DNA of 64,000 nt from Deltaproteobacteria bacterium (lineage in GTDB: Bacteria; Myxococcota_A; UBA796; SXON01), in the NCBI GenBank assembly GCA_014191855.1, contig BJHF01000016.1:11020-75019 (forward strand), in the 5' to 3' direction. Each line of letters begins with the position of its first letter. The stretch's first letter is position 1. Below the pieces are notes generated by a model, which ran no database searches, was not told the origin of the DNA, and saw nothing but the letters and a program-made list of their open reading frames with translations. A program made the translations under genes and the position numbers. Of the stretch, positions 38,696 to 48,661 are shown one piece after another.

Positions 38696-39427
38696 TCAGC
38701 CGCCTTGGTAGCCGGTCGGCGTGGTGCCCGGCGTGGACGTGATCGAGGAGCCAGCCGGGTACCCCACGGCCTCATCCTCCGTTTCGCCGTGCTGGAGCCG
38801 CACCATCCCCGCGCGCGAGATGAGCACGCTCCACTCGTCGGTCTGCCCTTCCAACGCCGCCTTCTTGTTCACGAAGGTTACGCAGATGTAGCCATCCGAG
38901 CTGCCGTCGGAGTTGATGTCGCACGCGAAGTCGTCCGGCGGGTTGTCGAGCAGGCCGCGCGGTCCGAACACCAGTGAGTCCGACCAGGAGTCTACGCCGG
39001 TGAGCGGGGTGGCGAACTGGCGCAGGCTTACGCCGGGGAGCGAATCCTCCTCGTCTTTCGCGATGTTCACGTAGCCCTGCTCGAACACGTCGTCGGAGCC
39101 GCTCATGTCCACCGGCAACGTGTCCCACCCGGTCGTGCCGGAGGCCGCATCGCCGCGTTGCACCCAGTATTCGCCGTAGTTGTCGCTGCCCGTCGTCGTG
39201 TCCGGATCCCCGGTCGTCACGTGAACGCGGTACTGCACGTTGTCGGCGATCGCCATCGCCCGGGCCTCGCTCGCGGCCGCCGCAAAGTCCATGGCGGCGC
39301 GCCGGGTGCGCCAGGAGGGGATGATCTTCGTCAGCATGCCCGCGCCAATGGAGGCGAGAATGCCGATGATCGCCACCACGATGGCGATCTCGATCAGGGT
39401 TACGCCGCGGCGTGAACGCACTCGCAC
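38696..39427 (-). CDS. Prepilin-type (FimT/GspH-like) minor pilin, about 243 aa
   Basis: RRG-VTLIE class III signal, hydrophobic helix, AR..A motif. Confidence 0.85.
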   Translation of the reverse strand: MRVRSRRGVTLIEIAIVVAIIGILASIGAGMLTKIIPSWRTRRAAMDFAAAASEARAMAIADNVQYRVHVTTGDPDTTTGSDNYGEYWVQRGDAASGTTGWDTLPVDMSGSDDVFEQGYVNIAKDEEDSLPGVSLRQFATPLTGVDSWSDSLVFGPRGLLDNPPDDFACDINSDGSSDGYICVTFVNKKAALEGQTDEWSVLISRAGMVRLQHGETEDEAVGYPAGSSITSTPGTTPTGYQGG

Positions 39428-39485
39428 CTCTCCGAACCCCGATGGTATACGATCTTCGGGCGATGCGGGGCGCCGCCGGGCGCTT

Positions 39486-39971
39486 TCACGTCTTCTCGAG
39501 CAGCAGGTCACGCACCTTGGCCGCCGCCTGGCCGGTCCACGTTTCGGCGCGGCGGGTGTGCAGTCGGGCCAGCACCTTCTCCACGTCGGCCCCCTCCTGC
39601 TTGATGGCGCGGTAGGCCTTCTCAGGAAGGTTCAGCGACTCGAAGCGCGCCTTCACCGCTTCCCAGGCCCGCTTCTCCCGGGCCTTCACGAACTCGTCGC
39701 GGGCCTGCCCAAGCGCCCGCGCGTCGTGTTTGCGACCTTGCGCCTCCAACGCCTTGATCGCCCCCACCGTCTTCTGCACCCACCCCGCCACCGGGGCTCC
39801 CGCATCCATCCGCACCCCCGCCTCCGCGAGTCGTTTCGCCCACTCCGTGCCCTCCGGCTGCGGCAGCGCGGCCGCGCCAACGGGGGGACCGGGGTCGCGA
39901 GCCGCAGGCCCGGTACCGGAGGACGATGCGCCCGGGAGGGCGTTCTTGAGGGCATCCTGGAGGGTGGACAT
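39486..39971 (-). CDS. Hypothetical basic helical protein, 161 aa
   Basis: MSTLQDALKNAL start; GC3 bias. Confidence 0.65.
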   Translation of the reverse strand: MSTLQDALKNALPGASSSGTGPAARDPGPPVGAAALPQPEGTEWAKRLAEAGVRMDAGAPVAGWVQKTVGAIKALEAQGRKHDARALGQARDEFVKAREKRAWEAVKARFESLNLPEKAYRAIKQEGADVEKVLARLHTRRAETWTGQAAAKVRDLLLEKT

Positions 39972-40007
39972 GGGCGGGCTCGGGTGGAATGGCGTACTAT
40001 CGGAGCC

Positions 40008-40283
40008 ATGCGATGGTCGCTGCTGGTCTTCGTGCTCGCAGGCTGCTCGGAGAGTTACCGCGCATGCGATCAGCTCTGCCGGGAGGACGGTTTTCCTGGC
40101 GGCCACGCCCTCCCCGCCGAGCATCATGCGCTCTACGACCTTAGTTGTGACTGCGATGGCGAGAGTGGCGGACTCACACAGGAACAATGCGACGACTTCT
40201 GCGAGGAGTTCTCTCCCCACGACACCGGGCCGGGCGTGTTGGTGCGTGACGATTGCTGGTGCACTGTGATCGACGAGACCTGA
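40008..40283 (+). CDS. Small Cys-rich lipoprotein with two CxxxC...CxC units, 91 aa
   Basis: MRWSLLVFVLAGC; TACTAT 7 nt upstream. Confidence 0.7.
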   Translation: MRWSLLVFVLAGCSESYRACDQLCREDGFPGGHALPAEHHALYDLSCDCDGESGGLTQEQCDDFCEEFSPHDTGPGVLVRDDCWCTVIDET

Positions 40284-40499
40284 CCGGTCTTTCGTGCGCG
40301 TGCCGCTCAACCTCGGATCGAGCGTGAGGTTACCGTTCGTCCCAGATCAGATCGCCCCAACGGCGCCTCCCGCCTTGCGCAATCCCCTCGATCACGGTTA
40401 GCCGGCGACGCCCCCCCATTCGGGGAGGACGGTGTCGGCCCACGAGAATCCTCTCGAAACCCCCCGACTCCGTGAATTCGCACCAAAGGAGCCATACAT

Positions 40500-41117
40500 A
40501 TGGCACGTTATCGTGGACCCCGGCTTGCTCGTTGCCGGCGTGTGGGCGTGGTGCTTCCCGGATTGACCACGGAAGCTACGCTTGACCGTGCAACCCCTCC
40601 AGGACAGCACGGCGCTCGCCGTAAGGGCAAAACCAGCGACTTCAAGGATCGCCTGATCGAGAAGCAGAAGCTGCGTTGGCACTACGGCATCATGGAAAAG
40701 CAGTTCCGCAAGTACGTTACGGAAGCTTCGCGTCGTAAGGGCCCCACCGGCCGCATCCTCATCACGCTCCTCGAGTCCCGGCTCGACAACGTGGTGTGGC
40801 GTCTCGGCCTCGCGGCCACCATCCCGGCGGCGCGTCAGCTCGTCGTGCACGGCCACATCTGCGTCAACGGCTCCCGCGTGGACCGTCCGAGCTTCCACGT
40901 GAAGCCCGGCCAGCCGGTGTCGGTGCACGAAAAGTCGAAGACGAAGCCGTTCATCATCGCGGCCCTCGAGGTCGGTGCCTCGCGCATCCGCCCCGGGTTC
41001 CTCGAGTTCGATCCGGCCACCACCGCAGGCAAGCTCGTCACCGAGCCCCAGCGCGAGGATCTGCCCTTCGAATGCGATCCGCAGAAGATCGTCGAGTTCT
41101 ACTCGCAGAAGATCTGA
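40500..41117 (+). CDS. rpsD: 30S ribosomal protein S4
   Basis: MARYRGP, PPGQHG, EKQKLR, LESRLDNVV, ARQLVVHGH, IVEFYS; AAAGGAG SD. Confidence 0.97.
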   Translation: MARYRGPRLARCRRVGVVLPGLTTEATLDRATPPGQHGARRKGKTSDFKDRLIEKQKLRWHYGIMEKQFRKYVTEASRRKGPTGRILITLLESRLDNVVWRLGLAATIPAARQLVVHGHICVNGSRVDRPSFHVKPGQPVSVHEKSKTKPFIIAALEVGASRIRPGFLEFDPATTAGKLVTEPQREDLPFECDPQKIVEFYSQKI

Positions 41118-41121
41118 GTTT

Positions 41122-41187
41122 CGCTCCTTCGGGAGCGGCTCAATCCGAACCGCCCGCGCCGGAAACGACGCGGGCGGTTTTGCTTTT
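41122..41187 (+). terminator. UUCG hairpin followed by an intrinsic terminator of rpsD
   Basis: CGCTCC-TTCG-GGAGCG; AACCGCCCGCG/CGCGGGCGGTT stem followed by TTGCTTTT. Confidence 0.85.
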
Positions 41188-41523
41188 GGGGCATCTTCTG
41201 GGCGATGTCGTGGGCCCGGTCTCGTGACCGCGCCGGCTTCGCCCGACATCGCGGCGCCACCGCGGGATTCTCGCGGTCTGATACGACCTGAGCCTGTACA
41301 AGATCGCCGTGCAGGACGCGGCGCCGTCGCAGCGGGAGCCTCGGGGTGGGCGAAGGTGAGCGCCGCACGTCGATGCGAAAACCAAGGTTAGCGCTGGGTC
41401 CTGCCGGCACAGCCCACCGGCGCGCTCGCGTCGAAGACTCCGCTCGGCACCGTCGGCCTGTACCGTCACCCGCCCCTTCACCGCCCGGGACAACGGCCAG
41501 CGTAGAGCCGTACTTTGCGAGAG

Positions 41524-41903
41524 ACCCCGAGAATCCCCTGGAGGCTTGCTGCAACGGCTACGTCGCCCAGTCCGGGGCGTTGCGTGCGGGAAACAGGCTC
41601 AGTCGGTATGACCTCGCGTCCTCTGCGCTCGGAGGGCCCCGGCGCGTCCGTCTGCGCCACCGCACCACGGCCTCACCGCTCCATCGCCGTCGCAGCAAGC
41701 CTCGACGGGATTCTCGGGGTTCGTCCTGGGTGTCCGATCTCGCACCTGGGCTTCGTCGCCACCGTCGCTCGGGGCCGGCCCTGCATCCCTTACGGGCGGG
41801 CCGGCCCTGTCGCTCACGGGTCGGCACCCTTGGTGCGCTTCCGCGCACAACGGGTGCCTCGCCCATCGCCGTCGCAGCAAGCCACTGCGGGATTCCCGGG
41901 GTT
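41524..41903. repeat. Cluster of 35-41 bp repeats (one inverted, two direct), REP/MITE-like
   Basis: GCCGTYGCAGCAAGCC-N5-GGGATTCYCGGGGT at 41524-41558 (-), 41681-41721 (+) and 41863-41903 (+). Confidence 0.8.
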
Positions 41904-42125
41904 TTGTCTCCCGTTTGTCCACCGAGCGTTGTGCAGTGCGCTGCTGGGGCGGGTGACGCTGCGGGCGAGCGGGGCCGAGTGGCGCTGCGCCGCGAGCGTC
42001 CCGTTCGACCGCGGCGGCAGGACCCAACATCAACCTCTGTGCCTCGGCTCTCGCTGGCCGAATCCCGTTCGCCAAACCCCGAGAAACCAGCCCCACCGGC
42101 GCCGCGTCTTGCACGGCGCTCCACC

Positions 42126-43958
42126 TCAGCCGACCGCGATCTCCAATTCCGGCCGCCTCACCTGCCCCAAGAACTCGCCCAAACGCTCGGCCGACAACGA
42201 CTCCTCCACGAGCAGCGCGTTCGCCATCAGCTCCAGCACATCCCGGTTCTGGCGCAGCAGGATGCGCGCCCGCTCCTGCGCCGCGTCGATCAACCCGCGG
42301 ATCTCCGCGTCAATGAGCTTCGACGTGTCGTCGCTGCGCTCGCTGTCCACATGGCGGGTGCCCATGCCGAAGGCGCTGCGCCGCTCCGTGGCGTAGTTGA
42401 TCGGCCCCACCGCATCGGACATGCCGAACTCGGTGACCATGCGGCGCGCGAGGTCCGTCGCCTGCTGGATGTCGTTCGCCGCACCGTTATTGTACTCGCC
42501 GTACACCAATTCCTCGGCGCAGCGCCCGCCGAAGGCAACCGTCATCATCGCGAGGAGCTGCTTGCGGGAGTGCGTGAACCGCTCCTCCGGGTCGCGGAAG
42601 CTGGTGTACCCGAGCGCGCCGATGCCGCGCGGGATGATGGTGACCTTCTGAACCGAGGAGGCATGCGGCGTTCCCGCCGCCACGATCGCGTGCCCGGCTT
42701 CGTGAACCGCGGTGCTGCGACGCTCCTCTTCCGAGAGCCGCCGGCTCCTGCGCTCGATGCCCATCGAGATGCGCTCCACCGCGTCCTCGATCTCGATCTG
42801 CCCCACCTGGTCCTTGTTGCGCCGCGCGGCGAGCAGCGCCGCCTCGTTGAGCGCGGTGCTCAGATCCGCGCCAACAAATCCAGGGGTGACCTGTGCAATC
42901 CGCTTGAGGTCCACCTCCGGGGCGAGCGCGAGCTTCGCCGCGTGAACGCGGAGGATCGCCTCCCGGCCGCGCACATCCGGCCGGTCCACGAGCACCTGCC
43001 GGTCGAAGCGGCCAGGCCGCAACAGGGCCGCATCGAGCGTGTCGGGGCGGTTGGTGGCCGCCATGAGGATGATGCCTTTGCGCCCGTCAAAGCCGTCCAT
43101 CTCGACGAGGAGCTGGTTGAGCGTCTGGTCGCGTTCGCCCTCGCCGCCGCCGGGGACGCCGGCCATGCGGGCCTTGCCGATGGCGTCGATCTCGTCGATG
43201 AACACGATGGTGGGGGCGCGTTCCGCGGCCTGCTTGAACAAGTCGCGCACCCGGGCCGCGCCGACGCCGACGTACAGCTCCATGAAGTCGGAGCCCGACA
43301 ACGAGAAGAACGGCACGCCCGCTTCGCCGGCAACCGCCCGCGCCAGCAAGGTTTTGCCGGTGCCCGGCGGCCCGACGAGCAGCACGCCCTTCGGAATCTT
43401 TCCGCCCAAGCGCGTGAACCGCTCCGGCGTTTTCAAAAACTGCACGATCTCATTCAGCTCTTCTTCGGCTTCGTCGATCCCCGCCACGTCCTTGAACGTG
43501 ACCCCGGTCCCCTCTTCGGGCGCCAGCTTCGCCTGCGACCTTGAGATCCGCGCCGCGTTCGGCTCGCCCGTTTGCGGGCGGAGCGTGTTGAACATCATGA
43601 CCATGGTGCCGACGACCAACAGCAGCGTGAGCGGGAGCGCGCCGCCGCAGCCCTCGGACTCGGTAGCCCCATACGGCACATTGGCGGCCTGCAAGGCCTT
43701 GACGACGCTCTCATCCCCAGGCACGACCACGGTCTTGATCAGCCCCTCAGGGTCGCCCTGCTTGGGTGGCTTGGTCGTCGCCTCCAGGCTCGTACTGCCC
43801 TCAAAGGTGACCTTGGACACCTTGCCCTCGTCGATCAGCTTGATGAGCTCGGTCTGGGTGGCCACGGGCACGGCGAATTCGCGGACGTACCACAAGAACG
43901 TGATCGCGAAGAGGAGGATGGCCGCGACAACGAGGCCGTTAGCGAGGTTCAAACGCAC
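42126..43958 (-). CDS. ftsH: ATP-dependent zinc metalloprotease FtsH, 610 aa
   Basis: Two TMs, [26 protein letters not shown]. Confidence 0.95.
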   Translation of the reverse strand: MRLNLANGLVVAAILLFAITFLWYVREFAVPVATQTELIKLIDEGKVSKVTFEGSTSLEATTKPPKQGDPEGLIKTVVVPGDESVVKALQAANVPYGATESEGCGGALPLTLLLVVGTMVMMFNTLRPQTGEPNAARISRSQAKLAPEEGTGVTFKDVAGIDEAEEELNEIVQFLKTPERFTRLGGKIPKGVLLVGPPGTGKTLLARAVAGEAGVPFFSLSGSDFMELYVGVGAARVRDLFKQAAERAPTIVFIDEIDAIGKARMAGVPGGGEGERDQTLNQLLVEMDGFDGRKGIILMAATNRPDTLDAALLRPGRFDRQVLVDRPDVRGREAILRVHAAKLALAPEVDLKRIAQVTPGFVGADLSTALNEAALLAARRNKDQVGQIEIEDAVERISMGIERRSRRLSEEERRSTAVHEAGHAIVAAGTPHASSVQKVTIIPRGIGALGYTSFRDPEERFTHSRKQLLAMMTVAFGGRCAEELVYGEYNNGAANDIQQATDLARRMVTEFGMSDAVGPINYATERRSAFGMGTRHVDSERSDDTSKLIDAEIRGLIDAAQERARILLRQNRDVLELMANALLVEESLSAERLGEFLGQVRRPELEIAVG

Positions 43959-43967
43959 GGGGACTCG

Positions 43968-45608
43968 TTAGTCACGCCGACGACGGCGGACAAGCGCCAG
44001 CGCCAGGGCGGTTCCGGACAACGACACTCCAAGACCGGTGGAGCAGCCGCCCGCTGTCGTGTCAGCCACACCCGAATCGCCCTCGGCCGCGGACGTGCGC
44101 CGCGTGGGGCGAAACGTGCACGCCCCATCGGCTTCGTCGGCTTCCCCGTCGTCAACCAGCCCGTCGCAGTCGTTATCGTACCCATCGCAATACTCGCGCG
44201 CGGCGACGAAAACCCAGGGATCCTGGTCGTCGCAATCGTTGAGCAGCGGGTCGGACTCCACGTCTTTGAACGTGTCGGCGTCATCGTCGTAGGCCGGGCC
44301 GCCTTCGTCCACGATGCCGTCGCAGTCATTGTCGCGACCGTCCACCACCTCTTCGGCCTCGAGGCCCACGAGCGTCTCCGCGTCGTCGCAGTCGCCATGC
44401 AGCTCCGTCCACCCGTCCCCGTCGTCGTCATGCCCCTCGGTGCTCTCGTCGATCTGCCCATCGCAATCGTCGTCAATCTGGTTGTAGACCTCGGTCATGT
44501 ACGGGCCGACGTTGGGATCGGCGTCGTTGCAATCCTGATCACCGCCGCAGTCGCCACCGCTCTCGCTGCAGCCATCGGCGTCGTCGTCGTTGCCCACGGT
44601 GTCATCGTCCAGCTCGTCGATCTCGCCGTCGCAATCATTGTCTTCGAGGTCGTCGGGCGCTTCGTTGGCCGCGGGACTGGTGTACGCGTCGAGGTCGTCA
44701 CAGTCACCGCCGCACACGGTCCAGCCGTCGAGGTCGGCGTCCCAATCCACGGCGTCCAACGAGCGATCGCAGTCGTTGCCCACGAACTCCACGGCGGCCG
44801 CGGCAAGGCTCTCGCTGTTGCCGGTGAAGGTGACGTGCGCCGAAACGGGCTCCGCTGAGGCCACGGTCCAGCCGATCACCACCTCTTCCGTTTGCCCTGG
44901 GAGCACGTAGAGCGGCGGCAAGGTTCGCGAGGACATCCCCGCAAAGTCCACCTGGATCGACGACACCGTGAGCGGCACGATTCCGCAGTTCACGATCTCC
45001 ACCGAATCGCTGAAGTCGCCATCGATCGCGCTCGTGCGATCTCCGAAGTCCACCATCTCCGGGAAAACCCGACCGCAGGCATAGTCGGAGAGGCCGCGAA
45101 GCTGCACGCGCCACACCGTCCAGATCGTCTGTTCCTCCTCCGGAAGGTCCTCCTCCCCCGGCAGCGGCGCCTTCTCTTCCGAAGTGTTGTCGTTCGACCA
45201 GATCGTGAGGATCCCCTCGTAGTAGCCCTTCACCGTCGGCGCGAAAACCACGGGGAGCGGGAGGGTGTCGTCCTCCGAGTCGGGGTCGTAGCCCAGCAGA
45301 TCGAGGCAATCGGCGGCCCCGTCGTCGTCCGAATCACAGTCGACCGCCCAGGAGGAATCGTCCACGAGGAATGCCGGCGCGGCCGCACCCTCCGGAGCGC
45401 TGATGTCCTCCGCCAAGATCTCGAAGATCTCGACTTTCCCCCCGGCTTTCGAGAACAGGGGAACGGTGAACACGCTGCGGTCGCCAACGGCCACGGCCCC
45501 GGCGTCCACGTAGGAGAAGCCGTCGAGCACGCGATCCTGGGCTGTGAGCTGCCGATCGTTGTCGCAAGCCAGCAGCAGGATCGGCACGAGCAGGGGAACG
45601 CGGCGCAT
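43968..45608 (-). CDS. Surface protein with Ig-like domains, MopE-like repeats and MYXO-CTERM-like tail, 546 aa
   Basis: LLLAC lipobox; four DCDD-type units; GGCST-hydrophobic-RRRRRD C-terminus. Confidence 0.85.
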   Translation of the reverse strand: MRRVPLLVPILLLACDNDRQLTAQDRVLDGFSYVDAGAVAVGDRSVFTVPLFSKAGGKVEIFEILAEDISAPEGAAAPAFLVDDSSWAVDCDSDDDGAADCLDLLGYDPDSEDDTLPLPVVFAPTVKGYYEGILTIWSNDNTSEEKAPLPGEEDLPEEEQTIWTVWRVQLRGLSDYACGRVFPEMVDFGDRTSAIDGDFSDSVEIVNCGIVPLTVSSIQVDFAGMSSRTLPPLYVLPGQTEEVVIGWTVASAEPVSAHVTFTGNSESLAAAAVEFVGNDCDRSLDAVDWDADLDGWTVCGGDCDDLDAYTSPAANEAPDDLEDNDCDGEIDELDDDTVGNDDDADGCSESGGDCGGDQDCNDADPNVGPYMTEVYNQIDDDCDGQIDESTEGHDDDGDGWTELHGDCDDAETLVGLEAEEVVDGRDNDCDGIVDEGGPAYDDDADTFKDVESDPLLNDCDDQDPWVFVAAREYCDGYDNDCDGLVDDGEADEADGACTFRPTRRTSAAEGDSGVADTTAGGCSTGLGVSLSGTALALALVRRRRRD

Positions 45609-45643
45609 TGCCGCGGCAGCATACGCCCGAACGCACCCGCGCA

Positions 45644-47161
45644 TCAAGCCCTGCGCGTCACCTGATCGAGCGTGTCCTTCGTCTTTCGGTAGAGGAACCG
45701 GGCCTGCTGCCAATTATCGCCGATGCACACGAGGCCCAGCTTGCCAAACTCCGAGAGCGCGCCGATGAGGTGGAACACCACGCCGCGTTCGGAGCTGGAG
45801 TGGAAGTGCAGCTCGTGCTCCACCGCCAGATCCACGAGATCGGCGGGGCCGAGCCCCTTGTAGGCGTCCGACTGCAGGCTATCCGAGGCGTAGTAGAACT
45901 TGGGACGACCGGTCTGGCTGTAGAACAGCCCATCATCCACGTTGTAGGTGCCATCCGTGAGAAACCGGAGCGTGAGAAACGGGTGGGTCGTACCGCCCTT
46001 GCGCAGGTTTACCTCGATGGCGTGATGCTTCCACTCGCCGTTCTCCTTGACGGAGACAAAGTCAGTCGCGAACCGACCTATTACGCCCTTTCCGGCCAGG
46101 ACTTCCGCGATGCGCAACCCGTATTCCTGGATCTGGAGCCGGTAGGCATCCGCCGCCGGGAACGTACAGCCGAGGAACACCTGGCCGCTCGGACCGCCGA
46201 GCACCTGGTCGTGCGTGGAGATCGCCATCGCCTCGCCGCGGGCGTTCACCCGGTTCTGCGAGGATGGAGAACACTTCTCCGCGCCCTCCACGAACGACTC
46301 CACGACGCCCTGCATTTGCTTGAACTTCGCGTGGTAGCGCTCCCAGTGCTCGCCGGGGGCTTCGAACCGCAGGTTCGGGAGCCGCTCGCGCACCCACGAG
46401 CGCAGATCGGCGCCGCGGAGGTCGTCTGCGCCGTCGAAGTAAAAGAGCGCGTTTCCCTCTCCCGAGAACCCGTCGTTGAGCTTCACCACGGCGCGCCGCC
46501 GGGAGCCGTCGCGCTCGCGGAGCACCGAGAGCGCTTCTGCGATGTCCTCGCCGTCCCGCAGGTCCTCGAAGCCATCCGGGAACAACACGCCGGCTTCGCG
46601 GAAGATCTTCCGGCAGCCGGACTTGGTTCCCAGGCTGTACAGCGCGGGATCGTTCGCATAGAGCGGGATGCCGAGCTGCACGGCGAGGGAGCGTTCGTAC
46701 TCCGAGCTGTTGAAGCAAACGAGGTGCGCGAGCTCCGGATCGGGGATCGCGGCGCGGATCCGCTCGATCAGCCTCGGCCGCTTGAGCACCTTCGCCGAGA
46801 GCGGCTGCTTGCTGGCGTCGGAGCAGTGCAACAGCAGCAACCGCTCGCGCGCATGCGACGAGGGCACGCCCGTGAGCAGGTGCAGGAAGTAGTCGACAAC
46901 GATGGGATCGAGCTGCTGGCTGGTGACGAACACCACGCGAGTGCGCGGACGCCGTAGCAACATCAGCATGTAGAGCATGCGTTCTTCGTAATGATGAACG
47001 CCGGTTACCTTCGCCAGCTCCTCGGGATCGAGCGAGAGGCTCGGGATCACCACGACCGTTTGCTCCTGCGTGCGCCGCGAGGTGACCTTCGAAAACAGCG
47101 CGGGCAGCCGCGCCTGGATGGCGTGGAAGGCGAGAATCTCTTCGGGGGAGCCAGGCTGCAT
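45644..47161 (-). CDS. PGM1-related ATP-grasp peptide ligase-like protein, 505 aa
   Basis: HYEER, GTKSG, VVKLNDGFSGEGN, SPS, STHDQ.LGG, IEVNLRKGGTTHP. Confidence 0.8.
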   Translation of the reverse strand: MQPGSPEEILAFHAIQARLPALFSKVTSRRTQEQTVVVIPSLSLDPEELAKVTGVHHYEERMLYMLMLLRRPRTRVVFVTSQQLDPIVVDYFLHLLTGVPSSHARERLLLLHCSDASKQPLSAKVLKRPRLIERIRAAIPDPELAHLVCFNSSEYERSLAVQLGIPLYANDPALYSLGTKSGCRKIFREAGVLFPDGFEDLRDGEDIAEALSVLRERDGSRRRAVVKLNDGFSGEGNALFYFDGADDLRGADLRSWVRERLPNLRFEAPGEHWERYHAKFKQMQGVVESFVEGAEKCSPSSQNRVNARGEAMAISTHDQVLGGPSGQVFLGCTFPAADAYRLQIQEYGLRIAEVLAGKGVIGRFATDFVSVKENGEWKHHAIEVNLRKGGTTHPFLTLRFLTDGTYNVDDGLFYSQTGRPKFYYASDSLQSDAYKGLGPADLVDLAVEHELHFHSSSERGVVFHLIGALSEFGKLGLVCIGDNWQQARFLYRKTKDTLDQVTRRA

Positions 47162-47188
47162 CGCGCCAATCATAGCAGCACAGCCCGC

Positions 47189-48622
47189 CTACGAGGCGCC
47201 GCGCCCCGTAAGGACCACCGGGAAGGTCTTGAGGATGAGCTTGAGATCCAGGAACAACGACCAGTTGTCGATGTACTCAAGGTCGAGTCGCATCCACGAA
47301 TCGAAGTCCACCTTGTTGCGCCCGTTCACCTGCCACAAACAGGTGAGCCCCGGGCGCATCGACAACCGGCGCATCTGCCACCGTTCGTAGCGCGCCACCT
47401 CGGCTGGCAGCGGGGGCCGCGGGCCGACGATGCTCATCTCGCCGCGCAGCACGTTCCAGATCTGCGGCAATTCGTCGATGCTGGACTTCCGGAGGAACGC
47501 GCCGATCCGGGTGATCCGCGGATCGCGCGCCATCTTGAACACGGGGCCGTCCATCTCGTTCTTCGCTTCGAGCGCCTTGCGTTTCTCTTCCGCGTCCACA
47601 CACATGGATCGAAACTTGTACATCGGGAACGAGCGCCCGTAGAGCCCGCTTCGTTCCTGCGAGAAGAACACCGGACCCCGATCCTCGATCTTGATGAGCG
47701 CCGCCGCCAAAAGCATGATCGGCGAGAGCACCACCAGGCCCCCAAGCGCGACCACCACGTCCACCGCCCGCTTCACCAGCAGCGCGGTGCCATCCGAGGG
47801 AACGGACGAGAACGACAGCACGCTCCAGCCGCCCAGATCGTTCACGTCGGCGCGCGCGATGGAGAGCCCCAGGAAGTTGGCGTCCATCGAGAAGGTTACG
47901 CCGACCTCCTCGCAGCGATCGGCGACGAAGCGGAGCGTAGCCGTGTCCCACGCACGCCCGGTCATGAACACCTGCGCGATGTTCTCCCGGGCCACGATGT
48001 CGGTGAGCTGCTGGATACGACCGAGCACGCGCACACCGTGCACGCTCGTCACGTCTTCGCCGTCTGGCACGAGGACGCCCGACACCCGGAGGCCCCACTG
48101 CGGATGGCGCAGCACGGTATCCACGAAGGGCGCCGCTTCGGCGGCCCCGCCGATCACGAGGATGTTCCATGTAGGAGCACGCTTACGTGCGCTCCGTGCC
48201 TCGTAGCGACGCGCGAGGAACAACGTTCCGATGCTTACGACCGCGAACGCCAGCAGGAAGGAGCGGGACGTCGGAACGGCCGGCGGAAACAAGAACAAGA
48301 CGACGAGCAGGAGTCCGAACGCGAACAGCACTGCGCTTGCGATCCGGAGCAGCAGCACGTCTGAACGAATGCGCCGAATGTCGTCGTAGAGCTGGTGCTG
48401 CGTGAGCGAGAAGAGCCAGAGCGGCACCACCGCGAACACGAGATGGAACTGGCTTTGCACGGTGACGGGCGCCATCAGCGGCGCCCCGGGCAGCACATCG
48501 AACGACCAGAGCTCGCGCGCACGCTGGCGCAAAAAAGCGACGATCAAGAACGTGATCCCGACAACCACCGCGTCCGTTACGCGGGCGAGCCAGCCCAGAG
48601 ATGCGGCGTGGACCTTCTGCAT
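47189..48622 (-). CDS. Polyprenyl glycosylphosphotransferase (WcaJ/WbaP-like sugar transferase), 477 aa
   Basis: KFRSM, DPRIT, DELPQ, GEMSIVGPRP, PGLT..WQ, D..YI; four N-terminal TMs. Confidence 0.93.
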   Translation of the reverse strand: MQKVHAASLGWLARVTDAVVVGITFLIVAFLRQRARELWSFDVLPGAPLMAPVTVQSQFHLVFAVVPLWLFSLTQHQLYDDIRRIRSDVLLLRIASAVLFAFGLLLVVLFLFPPAVPTSRSFLLAFAVVSIGTLFLARRYEARSARKRAPTWNILVIGGAAEAAPFVDTVLRHPQWGLRVSGVLVPDGEDVTSVHGVRVLGRIQQLTDIVARENIAQVFMTGRAWDTATLRFVADRCEEVGVTFSMDANFLGLSIARADVNDLGGWSVLSFSSVPSDGTALLVKRAVDVVVALGGLVVLSPIMLLAAALIKIEDRGPVFFSQERSGLYGRSFPMYKFRSMCVDAEEKRKALEAKNEMDGPVFKMARDPRITRIGAFLRKSSIDELPQIWNVLRGEMSIVGPRPPLPAEVARYERWQMRRLSMRPGLTCLWQVNGRNKVDFDSWMRLDLEYIDNWSLFLDLKLILKTFPVVLTGRGAS

Positions 48623-48661
48623 CGTCGGCGTTGTATCGCGCCAGGAGGGTAAGCGGTCGCG

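Noticed and set aside
41524-41903. Possible CRISPR array
   Set aside because: Mixed orientation, 120-140 bp spacing, variable core and no cas genes
41346-43544. 732-aa + strand ORF and other long antisense ORFs (e.g. 19270-21339, 10035-11672, 57987-59876)
   Set aside because: Shadows of real genes in high-GC DNA; Arg/Pro-rich and without motifs
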